This document shows, one piece after another, positions 18,681-26,650 of a DNA stretch of 60,424 bases. Position 1 is the first letter of the stretch, and each line of letters begins with the position of its first letter. The stretch spans positions 1 through 60,424 of the forward strand of contig CAZKZU010000002.1 in assembly GCA_964557345.1 (NCBI GenBank), read 5' to 3'. A program made the translations under genes and the position numbers. Source of the DNA: an uncultured Methanosarcinales archaeon. Lineage in GTDB: Archaea; Nanobdellota; Nanobdellia; Woesearchaeales; DATGWN01. A model generated the notes under the pieces. That model searched no databases. It was not told where the DNA came from and saw nothing but the letters and a program-made list of their open reading frames with translations.

Positions 18681-18850
18681 ATTGTTGATATTTTGCACCG
18701 GTTTAAAAAATCAGCGATAATACTAAAATCCAGGGTTAAATTCCAAAAATAGTGGTTAAAATTGTGTGAAAGAGCCTTTTTTTTCAAAATCACCTTTTTT
18801 TCACATATTTTAGACCTAAATTTAGGCTGACGTCGAGAGGTGCCTGAAAA

Positions 18851-18876
18851 TCTCCAGTGGAAATAAAGGGGGTCCC
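18851..18876 (+). promoter_or_regulatory. Origin recognition box (ORB)-type Orc1/Cdc6 binding site just upstream of the mcm promoter
   Basis: tctccagtggaaataaagggggtccc combines the TCCAGTGGAAAT dyad core with a G-string. It matches the two ORBs at the cdc6-linked origin. A TATA-like ttttaaata lies at 18899-18907 and the mcm ATG at 18929. Confidence 0.6.
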
Positions 18877-18928
18877 ACTAGTCAACCACCGAAATTGATT
18901 TTAAATACTAGTTAAATAGCTCAAGTAT

Positions 18929-20962
18929 ATGGAAACAGCATTACAAGTATTGAAATTCAAAGAATTTATTGAACAAAACTATTTGGGAGAGCTATTATCC
19001 AATATCGCTACAGGCAAATATTTTTTAAAAATCAACTTTCAGTTCCTTTCTGCTTATGACCCTGAACTTGCAAACTTACTTTTAGATAGCCCAGAAGACT
19101 TAATTAAAGCAGGAGAGTTAGCAATAGAGCAATTTGATATTGAAAAAGAACAAAAGCCTATTAGAATTAGATTTTTTGAATTACCTTCCAAAGAAAAACT
19201 TCAAATAAGAGAAATTAGAAGTAATCATTTAGGGAAGTTCGTATTTATTGATGGTGTAGTAAGACAGAAATCAGATGTTAGACCTCAAATAGAAAAAGCA
19301 AAATTTGAATGTCCTCAATGTGGAACTACTCAAATAATTGCTCAAGATGATAAAGTTTTAACTGAACCTAAAAAATGTCATTCTTGTGGATACAAAGGAA
19401 AATTCTCGCTTATAGGTAAAACGCTTGTTGATGTGCAAGGATTTATTCTAGAAGAAACCACTGAGAGCTTGGATGGTGGAGAACAGCCAAAAAGACTTAA
19501 TGTTTTTTTGAAAGAGGATTTAGTTAGTCCAATGAGTGAGAAAAGAACTAATCCTGGAAGTAATGTTCGTGCATATGGAATATTGAAAGAAATTGCTATG
19601 GAAGCAAAAAATGGCACTCAAAAATTAATTAAATATGATTTAATTTTGATGACCAATTATATTCAGCCACTCGAAGAGGATTATAGTAGTATTGTAATTT
19701 CTAAAGAAGATGAGAAAAAAATAATTCAGTTATCAGAAGATCCAAAAATCTATGATAAATTAATTTCATCTCTTGCTCCAGGAATTTATGGACATGATAG
19801 AGTTAAAGAAGCAATTATGCTTTTATTTTTAGGAGGTGTTCAAAAACGAAGAGGGGACGGAGTAAAAAATAGAGGAGATATTCACATTCTATTAATTGGA
19901 GACCCAGGTTCAGGTAAATCTCAACTTCTAAAGAGAGCGGCAGTTATTGCTCCAAAAGGAAGATATGTTTCTGGTAAAGGTGCATCTGGAGCAGGTCTTA
20001 CTGCAGCAGTTGTAAAAAATGAATTTATTGGAGGATGGGCACTAGAAGCAGGAGCTTTGGTCTTAGCAAACAAAGGTGTTTGTATGATTGATGAATTGGA
20101 TAAGATGTCTGAAGATGATACATCAGCCATGCACGAAGCCCTAGAACAGCAAAGCGTAACTATTAGTAAAGCAAATATTCAAGCAACTCTACGGTGTGAG
20201 ACTACTGTACTTGCAGCAGCAAACCCAAAATTAGGCCGATTTGATCCGTTTGAATCACTTGCTAAACAAATTAATCTTCCTCCGGCTTTAATTAACAGAT
20301 TTGATCTTATTTTTCCATTTAGAGACGAGCCTAATGTAGAAAAAGATGAAATTATGGCTAAATTTATTCTTAACATGCATAAAGATAAAGAAACTGTTAA
20401 ACCTGATATTGATACAGATACTATTCGAAAATATATTATTTATGCTAGACAACAAATTCATCCTGTAATTACTGAAACCGCGTTGATGGAAATTAAAACT
20501 TATTACGTATCTATGAGAAATGCAAATAATGATTCTGGTAACCGAGCAATTCCTATTTCCGCACGACAGCTTGAAGCTTTAATTAGACTTACTGAGGCAT
20601 CTGCGAAATCTAGATTAGCGGATAAAGCAACAAAAAGAGATGCGCAAAGAGCAATTAGTTTGTTACATTTTTGTTTAAGTCAAGTTGGAATGGATAAAGA
20701 GACAGGGCAATTTGATATTGACAGTATTGCTACAGGAGTTACAACAAGTCAGAGAAGTAAAGTTATTGTTGTAAGAGAATTGATTAGAGATTTAGAAGAG
20801 AAATTTGGAAAGAAAATCCCTCTTAACGAAATTAAAGCTTATGCTGAAACTAAAGGTTTAAAGCTTGATGAATTAGAAGACATATTAGAGAAATTGAATA
20901 GAAATGGGGATACATTTATGCCAGACAATGATCATATCTCAAGAACAGATTATAATGGATAG
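18929..20962 (+). CDS. mcm: Replicative helicase MCM
   Basis: Zinc motif CPQCG...CHSCG, Walker A GDPGSGKSQLL, Walker B CMIDELDKM, Arg finger NRFDLIF, C-terminal winged-helix-like region. 677 aa, no intein. Confidence 0.95.
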   Translation: METALQVLKFKEFIEQNYLGELLSNIATGKYFLKINFQFLSAYDPELANLLLDSPEDLIKAGELAIEQFDIEKEQKPIRIRFFELPSKEKLQIREIRSNHLGKFVFIDGVVRQKSDVRPQIEKAKFECPQCGTTQIIAQDDKVLTEPKKCHSCGYKGKFSLIGKTLVDVQGFILEETTESLDGGEQPKRLNVFLKEDLVSPMSEKRTNPGSNVRAYGILKEIAMEAKNGTQKLIKYDLILMTNYIQPLEEDYSSIVISKEDEKKIIQLSEDPKIYDKLISSLAPGIYGHDRVKEAIMLLFLGGVQKRRGDGVKNRGDIHILLIGDPGSGKSQLLKRAAVIAPKGRYVSGKGASGAGLTAAVVKNEFIGGWALEAGALVLANKGVCMIDELDKMSEDDTSAMHEALEQQSVTISKANIQATLRCETTVLAAANPKLGRFDPFESLAKQINLPPALINRFDLIFPFRDEPNVEKDEIMAKFILNMHKDKETVKPDIDTDTIRKYIIYARQQIHPVITETALMEIKTYYVSMRNANNDSGNRAIPISARQLEALIRLTEASAKSRLADKATKRDAQRAISLLHFCLSQVGMDKETGQFDIDSIATGVTTSQRSKVIVVRELIRDLEEKFGKKIPLNEIKAYAETKGLKLDELEDILEKLNRNGDTFMPDNDHISRTDYNG

Positions 20963-20983
20963 AGTTAATTAATAATTAAAATC

Positions 20984-21113
20984 CTAAAGTATACTGCCTC
21001 CTTTCGTGAGTATAATTACCTCTGAGCTAATAACTATAGAAATGAGCTGTTCCTCATTTCGTTATAGTAATCGCATCTATTTCTAATAATGCGAACTCGG
21101 TAGTATACTTTAG
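20984..21113 (+). repeat. Structured intergenic element, copy D (15-bp closing stem); candidate ncRNA or MITE-like repeat
   Basis: ctaaagtatactgcc (20984-20998) pairs with ggtagtatactttag (21099-21113): 15 pairs including one G.T, which is tolerated only on the + strand as RNA. Internal hairpin aaatgag-ctgttc-ctcattt. The termini resemble those of copies B and C. Confidence 0.4.
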
Positions 21114-21176
21114 ACAAAATAAATAGTTAATAATAATAGTATAACTAATAGAATGTATTAGTAAGAGTTTGTTTTC

Positions 21177-21315
21177 AAAAGTATGCTGTTAATTCGCCAA
21201 TCTTCTTTTTGTCGGCATTCGCCTGTCAATAGTCGCGAACACTCCTCACTATGCGTTCGTCGCTGCTCTTTTCATGAACACGTGATATTGGCTCATAATA
21301 AAACAGCATACTTTT
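21177..21315 (+). repeat. Structured intergenic element, copy B (perfect 14-bp closing stem); candidate ncRNA or MITE-like repeat
   Basis: aaaagtatgctgtt (21177-21190) pairs perfectly with aacagcatactttt (21302-21315). Second helix gccaat (21196-21201) with attggc (21287-21292). Visibly GC-enriched core. Homologous to 47559-47757. A T-run follows the 3' arm. Confidence 0.45.
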
Positions 21316-21379
21316 TTATCATTATAGATGCACTCAAACAATAATAACTAATATAAACCTTAATCATTTTGAGTTAAAT

Positions 21380-22069
21380 ATGGCTGAACAAGAAACTTTA
21401 CAACCAACTGAGGAACGTAAGAAAAGGCAAGTTGCATATGTTGTTTCTATTGGAGATGTTATTGCAGGGGAATTTGTTAAAGTTGGGGGATGGGAACCTA
21501 ATTTTGTTAAAACACCGTTTGGATTAAAAGTTTCTAGAGTTAATTTGATTGGAACCATTCTTGAGAAGAAAGGAGATATTGTTGTAATTGATGATACTAC
21601 AGGAATTATTACTATTCGATCTTTTGGCGATTTCCCTCCGTTTGGTAAAGTAAATATTGGTGATTATGTTATGATTATAGGAAAGGTGCGACAATTTAAT
21701 GAGGAAATTTATGTTATGCCTGAATTGTGTAAGAAAATTGAAAGAACTTGGCACGATTTCCGTCTTGAAGAAATATATCTTATAAAAAAATTATATAGAG
21801 AAGGAAAAATAAAGCAAGAAGAGCAGAAACTTCAAATTAAAATTGATAATGATAGATCTGATAGTGATGGGACTGTATTTGAAAAGAAAGAAAATGATGC
21901 TGAGAAAATAATTAGATATATTAATGAAAATGATAAAGGTAGTGGTGTAAGTAAAAATGATTTGCTTGGTAATTTCTTAGGAGATGACTTTGATAATATT
22001 TTTAATAAGTTAATAAATGATGGCGATATATTCGAGATTAAACCTGGTGTGTTTAAGATTCTTAAATAG
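21380..22069 (+). CDS. RPA32/Rpa2-like single-stranded DNA-binding protein (OB fold + C-terminal winged helix)
   Basis: The OB-fold pattern VSRVNLIGTILEKKGDIVVIDDTTGIITIRSF...VMIIGKVRQFNEEIYVMPE resembles RPA32/Stn1-type OB domains. The C-terminus GVSKNDLLGNF...INDGDIFEIKPGVFKI looks like a winged helix. Located next to mcm and oriC. Confidence 0.6.
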   Translation: MAEQETLQPTEERKKRQVAYVVSIGDVIAGEFVKVGGWEPNFVKTPFGLKVSRVNLIGTILEKKGDIVVIDDTTGIITIRSFGDFPPFGKVNIGDYVMIIGKVRQFNEEIYVMPELCKKIERTWHDFRLEEIYLIKKLYREGKIKQEEQKLQIKIDNDRSDSDGTVFEKKENDAEKIIRYINENDKGSGVSKNDLLGNFLGDDFDNIFNKLINDGDIFEIKPGVFKILK

Positions 22070-22191
22070 ACGTAATATTATCATATTTAATAATTTTAAT
22101 TCAAATACAAAGATATAAAATTAACGTAACAATTATATTTCAAAAATTAAGAACGTATAAATAAAAAAATAATTAAACTAATAAAAATTAT

Positions 22192-22986
22192 TTAATGAAC
22201 TATCTTCATTGATTTCCAAGATAATTCAAATAATTGTTCTAATGCATTCGCAAAGAATGGAGTATTTACCCATACACCAACATCGTAGCTTGGATGTACA
22301 TCTTCATCATCAACAATCATAAATAATATTTCTTCACCATCAACGATAACAAATCTTGATCTTAAATCAGTATTTCTTATTTCAGCAAAGTCTTTTACTG
22401 AGTCTAATACAGATTTGTCTTGAATTTTTGCAGCAATTTTAATTTTAACTCCTCTTTTAGCAGCTTTTTCTAAAGTCTTACCGAAGTAAGATATTTTTCT
22501 AATAAAGCCTTTTTCAGTAGTTACAATTGTAATTGATTTTTCTGCTGATTTGAACATTGTTTCTAAATGATCGTAAGTACTGTCTCTTCCTCTAAAACTA
22601 CCTGCGTGTTCAGATGGATTTACAGATTCAATTCCATTTTTGTGTAATAATGTTAATTCGTTAAGTAAATCAGATGAATTAATTTCTTCCATTGATTTGA
22701 TTTGCAAGTCTGCATCCTTTTTGATGTTTAACTGTACTCTTTTAACAACTTCAGAAGGTTCAACCGCTAAATATTTGATTGGTTTACCTAATTTCATAAT
22801 AATAAATCCTTTCTTTTCCAAGCTTTCAAGTACATCATAAGTTCTTGATCTAGGAACGTTTGCAATGTCAGATAGTTCTCCTGCGGTAGAACTTCCTCTA
22901 GAAAGTAAAGCAACCCATAGTTTTGCTTCGTAACTGTTAAGGCCGAATGATTTAACCTTTTCCATAAAGTCTTTTGCTATTACCAT
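22192..22986 (-). CDS. TrmB-family transcriptional regulator
   Basis: The N-terminal wHTH LNSYEAKLWVALLSRGSSTAGELSDIANVPRSRTYDVLESLEKKGFI is the classical TrmB signature. C-terminal TrmB-like effector domain. Confidence 0.85.
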   Translation of the reverse strand: MVIAKDFMEKVKSFGLNSYEAKLWVALLSRGSSTAGELSDIANVPRSRTYDVLESLEKKGFIIMKLGKPIKYLAVEPSEVVKRVQLNIKKDADLQIKSMEEINSSDLLNELTLLHKNGIESVNPSEHAGSFRGRDSTYDHLETMFKSAEKSITIVTTEKGFIRKISYFGKTLEKAAKRGVKIKIAAKIQDKSVLDSVKDFAEIRNTDLRSRFVIVDGEEILFMIVDDEDVHPSYDVGVWVNTPFFANALEQLFELSWKSMKIVH

Positions 22987-23221
22987 TTTTGTGTCTCAAT
23001 TTATATTTTAATAATTAATATTTCATAAGGTAATTGATTATCCTTTTTAAAGGTTCTGGTTTGTAACTATTGTTAAGTAAATACACTTTTAAAAATATAC
23101 TCTGATTTACTCGTAAAATATACGCTTTTACAATTATAATTACAATAAACTATTAATAAGAATGATATGATAACTATATTATACATTGTATATAATAATA
23201 TGAATTTAGTACTTATATATA

Positions 23222-23248
23222 GGGTCACCCCCTCATTTCCACTGGAAG
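23222..23248 (-). promoter_or_regulatory. ORB element (left, inverted) of the replication origin
   Basis: The top strand gggtcaccccctcatttccactggaag has the reverse complement cttccagtggaaatgagggggtgaccc. Dyad core plus G-string. Confidence 0.75.
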
Positions 23249-23622
23249 ATAATTAAAAAATTAAAAATACAAAAAACAAAAATTATTGTTAAAAATCGTT
23301 TGTAAAAGTTTTGAATAATTATTAAAAAATTATTTAAGTTCTCTTATACAATTTAATTATTTTAAAATTTTTTTTATAATATAATAGTCATTTGTTTGTT
23401 TTTTTATTTAAAAATAATATTTTTATTATAATAGTAATAGTTCTAATTTATTTTATTATTATTATTATATTGTATAATATATATATTATATATAATTACT
23501 TTCTATATAGATAATAATATGAAGATTAATCAAAAAAGTGTGAAATCAAAAAGTTAAAGTTTATTAAGAAAAAAATGAAGGTAATAAAGCTATTTTTTGT
23601 TTTTTGTTTTTTTATTATTCAT
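23249..23622. other. A/T-rich duplex unwinding region of oriC between the inverted ORBs
   Basis: About 370 bp of almost pure A/T with tataat/atatat runs. Its ends mirror each other: aaaaatacaaaaaacaaaaa next to the left ORB and ttttttgttttttgttttttt next to the right ORB. Confidence 0.7.
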
Positions 23623-23648
23623 GTTTCCAGTGGAAATGATGGGGTGGC
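23623..23648 (+). promoter_or_regulatory. ORB element (right) of the replication origin
   Basis: gtttccagtggaaatgatggggtggc has the same core and G-string as 23222-23248 in the opposite orientation. It lies 160 nt upstream of orc1/cdc6. Confidence 0.75.
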
Positions 23649-23806
23649 GTATTATGTTCAATATATATAATTGAATTTTATATATTCGGGAATTTATAAT
23701 ATAAGATGATTAACTTTAAAAAGGACCTTTGCTTCGTATGGAAATTAAGGGGAAAGTATAGATTATATTAAATTTATACATATATATTTTATTTTGAGGA
23801 TAGAAA

Positions 23807-25027
23807 ATGACTGATGAAGTAGACGATTTTTTTGAAAAGTATATTGAAAGTACTCCTTTATTTAAGAATAAAAAAATTCTCCAATCTAACTATATTCCTG
23901 ACTCAATATTACATAGAGAGAAAGAAATTAAACAGATGGCTAAAATTTTAGCACCTGCTCTTAAAGGGGATAGACCATCTAATTTGTTTATTTATGGTAA
24001 AACTGGTACTGGAAAGACTCTTACAGCGCAATATTTTTCTCAGAAGCTTATTTATGCGGGTACTAATAATAAAAATAGTGGTAAAACTGATTTTGATGTA
24101 AAAATAGTTTATGTTAATTGTAAGCTTAAAAGAATAGCTGATACTGAGTATCGACTTATTGCACAATTAGCAAGAGAATTTGGTAAAGATATACCACCAA
24201 CTGGACTTCCAACTGATGAAGTATATAAAATTTTTACGCAAGCACTTGATAATAAAAAACAAGTTGTTATATTTATTTTAGATGAGATTGATCAGCTTGT
24301 TAAAAAAACTGGTGATGAAATTATTTATAATTTAACAAGAATTAATTCTGAATTAGTTAATGCTCAAATATCATTAATAGGAATTTCAAACGATTTAATG
24401 TTTACTGAACATTTAGATCCGAGAGTAAAATCTAGTCTAAGTGAAGAAGAATTAATGTTTCCACCATATAATGCAGTTCAAATTCAACAAATATTAAAAG
24501 AAAGATCAAAAGAAGCTTTTGCTGACGGAATTATTGAAGATGGTGTTATTGAAAAATGCGCAGCATTAGCCGCTAGAGAACATGGAGATGCAAGAAGAGC
24601 GCTTGAATTACTTCGAGTTTCTGGAGAATTGTCTGAAAGAGATAGTTCACCTATATTATTATTAAAATATGTGGATGAAGCAGAAAATAAGATTGAAAGA
24701 GATAAAGTTTTTGATGTTGTGGCATCTCAACCAAAACAATTTCAAACTGTAATTTATGCAATATTATTATCTAATAAAGATGGGATGAAAGATATTTTAA
24801 CTGGAGAAATATATTCAGAATACAAAAATATTTGTGATAAGATTGGACTAAGACCTCTTACTCAAAGAAGAGTTTCAGATATTTTAGCAGAATTTGACAT
24901 GCTTGGAATAATTAATGCTAAAGTTATGTCTAAAGGAAGATATGGTAGGACTAGAGAAATTTCTCTTGCAATTCCAGAACAAACTAAAAAGAATTTATTA
25001 AAAATGTTAAAAGATAATTTAGAATAA
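23807..25027 (+). CDS. cdc6: Orc1/Cdc6 replication initiator
   Basis: Walker A IYGKTGTGKT, Walker B FILDEIDQL, AAA+ lid, C-terminal winged helix (RPLTQRRVSDILAEFDMLGII). 406 aa. Confidence 0.95.
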   Translation: MTDEVDDFFEKYIESTPLFKNKKILQSNYIPDSILHREKEIKQMAKILAPALKGDRPSNLFIYGKTGTGKTLTAQYFSQKLIYAGTNNKNSGKTDFDVKIVYVNCKLKRIADTEYRLIAQLAREFGKDIPPTGLPTDEVYKIFTQALDNKKQVVIFILDEIDQLVKKTGDEIIYNLTRINSELVNAQISLIGISNDLMFTEHLDPRVKSSLSEEELMFPPYNAVQIQQILKERSKEAFADGIIEDGVIEKCAALAAREHGDARRALELLRVSGELSERDSSPILLLKYVDEAENKIERDKVFDVVASQPKQFQTVIYAILLSNKDGMKDILTGEIYSEYKNICDKIGLRPLTQRRVSDILAEFDMLGIINAKVMSKGRYGRTREISLAIPEQTKKNLLKMLKDNLE

Positions 25028-25091
25028 GGATATAATAAAATTAACAGAATATAAGTAATAATATAGTTATAAAATATTTGGTGATTAACTA

Positions 25092-26525
25092 ATGTCAGAA
25101 GTAATTTCTAGAGAGGAAGCTGTAAAAATTTTGATGAGATATAATGTTCTTCCAACACCCGATATATTAGAAGAATTAGCCAAGGTAAAAACTATTGATG
25201 ATATGGAAGGTATTATTGATAAATATTCTTTAAGAACAAAAGAAACAATACCTTCCAATGTAGTTGTTTTACAATCATATCAAGAACATATGAAAAAAAG
25301 AGAAATAAATGACTTCGTTATTTATTACAATAATAGATTTAAAGTTTTGTCGAATATGTTAAAGAGCAGAGATATACCGAATTTAACTTCTATAAAAAGA
25401 GTTACTGATATTAAAAATGAAGAAGTTTCAATTATTGGTATGATTTTTAATATTGAAGTTAGTAAAAATGGTCATTACATTATTACATTAGAAGACAAGA
25501 CAGGACTCGTCAAAGTTTTAATCAGTAAAGATAAAAAAGATTTATTTGATATGGCTAAAAATTTAGTTTTAGACGAGACAATAGCTATAACTGGTATGTC
25601 TGGGGATAATATTATATTCGGACAGAAAATTTATTTGCCAGATATACCTCTTGATAAAATTATTAAAAAATCACCCTACGAAGGAGATATTTTGTTTATA
25701 AGTGATATTCATGTCGGCTCATCGTACTTTTTCAAAGATGAATTTGAAAATTTTTTAAGTTTTGTTCAAAAAAATAAAACAATAAAATATATTTTCATAT
25801 CTGGGGACTTGATTGATGGAGTCGGGGCTTATCCAGGTCAAGATAAAGAACTAACTATGTTGAGTGTAAAGGATCAAATAAATAAAATAGCTGAATATCT
25901 TTCAAGATTATCTAAAGATATTAAGATAATTATTTGTCCAGGGAATCACGATCCTGTTAGAATTGCAGAACCTCAACCCCCTCTTAGCGAAAAATTTTGT
26001 AAGGCACTAACCGAATTGCCTAATGTGACATTAGTTAGTTCCCCCGCAATTGTTAATATTGAAAAGACCGATACTTTTGAAGGTTTTAATGTTTTAATGT
26101 ACCATGGATTTAGTATGCCTTATTATGGAGATAAAGTTCCAGAAATAAGAGAAAATGGCGGACTTTCTAGAATGGAATTAATAATGAAATTTTATCTTCA
26201 AAGAAGACACTTTGCGCCTTCTCATGGTTCAACTCAATTTATTCCTGATATTATGAAAGATTCTTTGGTCATTGAAAAAGTACCGGATTTTTTTGTAACA
26301 GGGCATGTACATAAAGTCGTTGTTCAAAATTACAGAGGAGTTACTATGATTAATGCATCTGGTTGGATAAAACAAACCGAATATCAAAAACGTTTTGGAT
26401 TAGTGCCTGATAATTGTAGAGCTATAATAATTAATATGAAGACGAGAGATGTTAATATAGTTGATTTTTCAAAACAAGAAGAACAAATTAAGAAAGAAAA
26501 TAATGGAATTGCTGTAACTCATTAA
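25092..26525 (+). CDS. polB: DNA polymerase II (PolD) small subunit DP1
   Basis: OB-fold region followed by calcineurin-like phosphoesterase motifs (ISDIHVGS, ISGDLIDGVG, PGNHDP, GHVH). 477 aa. GGTGA Shine-Dalgarno-like sequence upstream. Lies between cdc6 and DP2. Confidence 0.9.
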   Translation: MSEVISREEAVKILMRYNVLPTPDILEELAKVKTIDDMEGIIDKYSLRTKETIPSNVVVLQSYQEHMKKREINDFVIYYNNRFKVLSNMLKSRDIPNLTSIKRVTDIKNEEVSIIGMIFNIEVSKNGHYIITLEDKTGLVKVLISKDKKDLFDMAKNLVLDETIAITGMSGDNIIFGQKIYLPDIPLDKIIKKSPYEGDILFISDIHVGSSYFFKDEFENFLSFVQKNKTIKYIFISGDLIDGVGAYPGQDKELTMLSVKDQINKIAEYLSRLSKDIKIIICPGNHDPVRIAEPQPPLSEKFCKALTELPNVTLVSSPAIVNIEKTDTFEGFNVLMYHGFSMPYYGDKVPEIRENGGLSRMELIMKFYLQRRHFAPSHGSTQFIPDIMKDSLVIEKVPDFFVTGHVHKVVVQNYRGVTMINASGWIKQTEYQKRFGLVPDNCRAIIINMKTRDVNIVDFSKQEEQIKKENNGIAVTH

Positions 26526-26650
26526 TATTAATATTAATATATATTTAATTTAATATTAAAAATTGCAAAGATGAATGATGTTATTTAAAAAAACTAAGTA
26601 TAATAAAATAAATAAAACTAAATTAATTAAAAACATTGAAAAGGATTACT

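Noticed and set aside
18561-18752. 63-aa ORF over repeat copy A, and similarly the 76-aa ORF at 47672-47902 over copy C
   Set aside because: The homologous elements B and C do not conserve a reading frame (indels not multiples of three, different frames open). The 47672 ORF also overlaps the nitroreductase start.
23735-23752. Third, degenerate ORB-like box upstream of cdc6 as a separate feature
   Set aside because: Only about 13 of 18 positions match the right ORB and the dyad core is disrupted (cgtatggaaat). Mentioned in the origin finding but not annotated as a feature.
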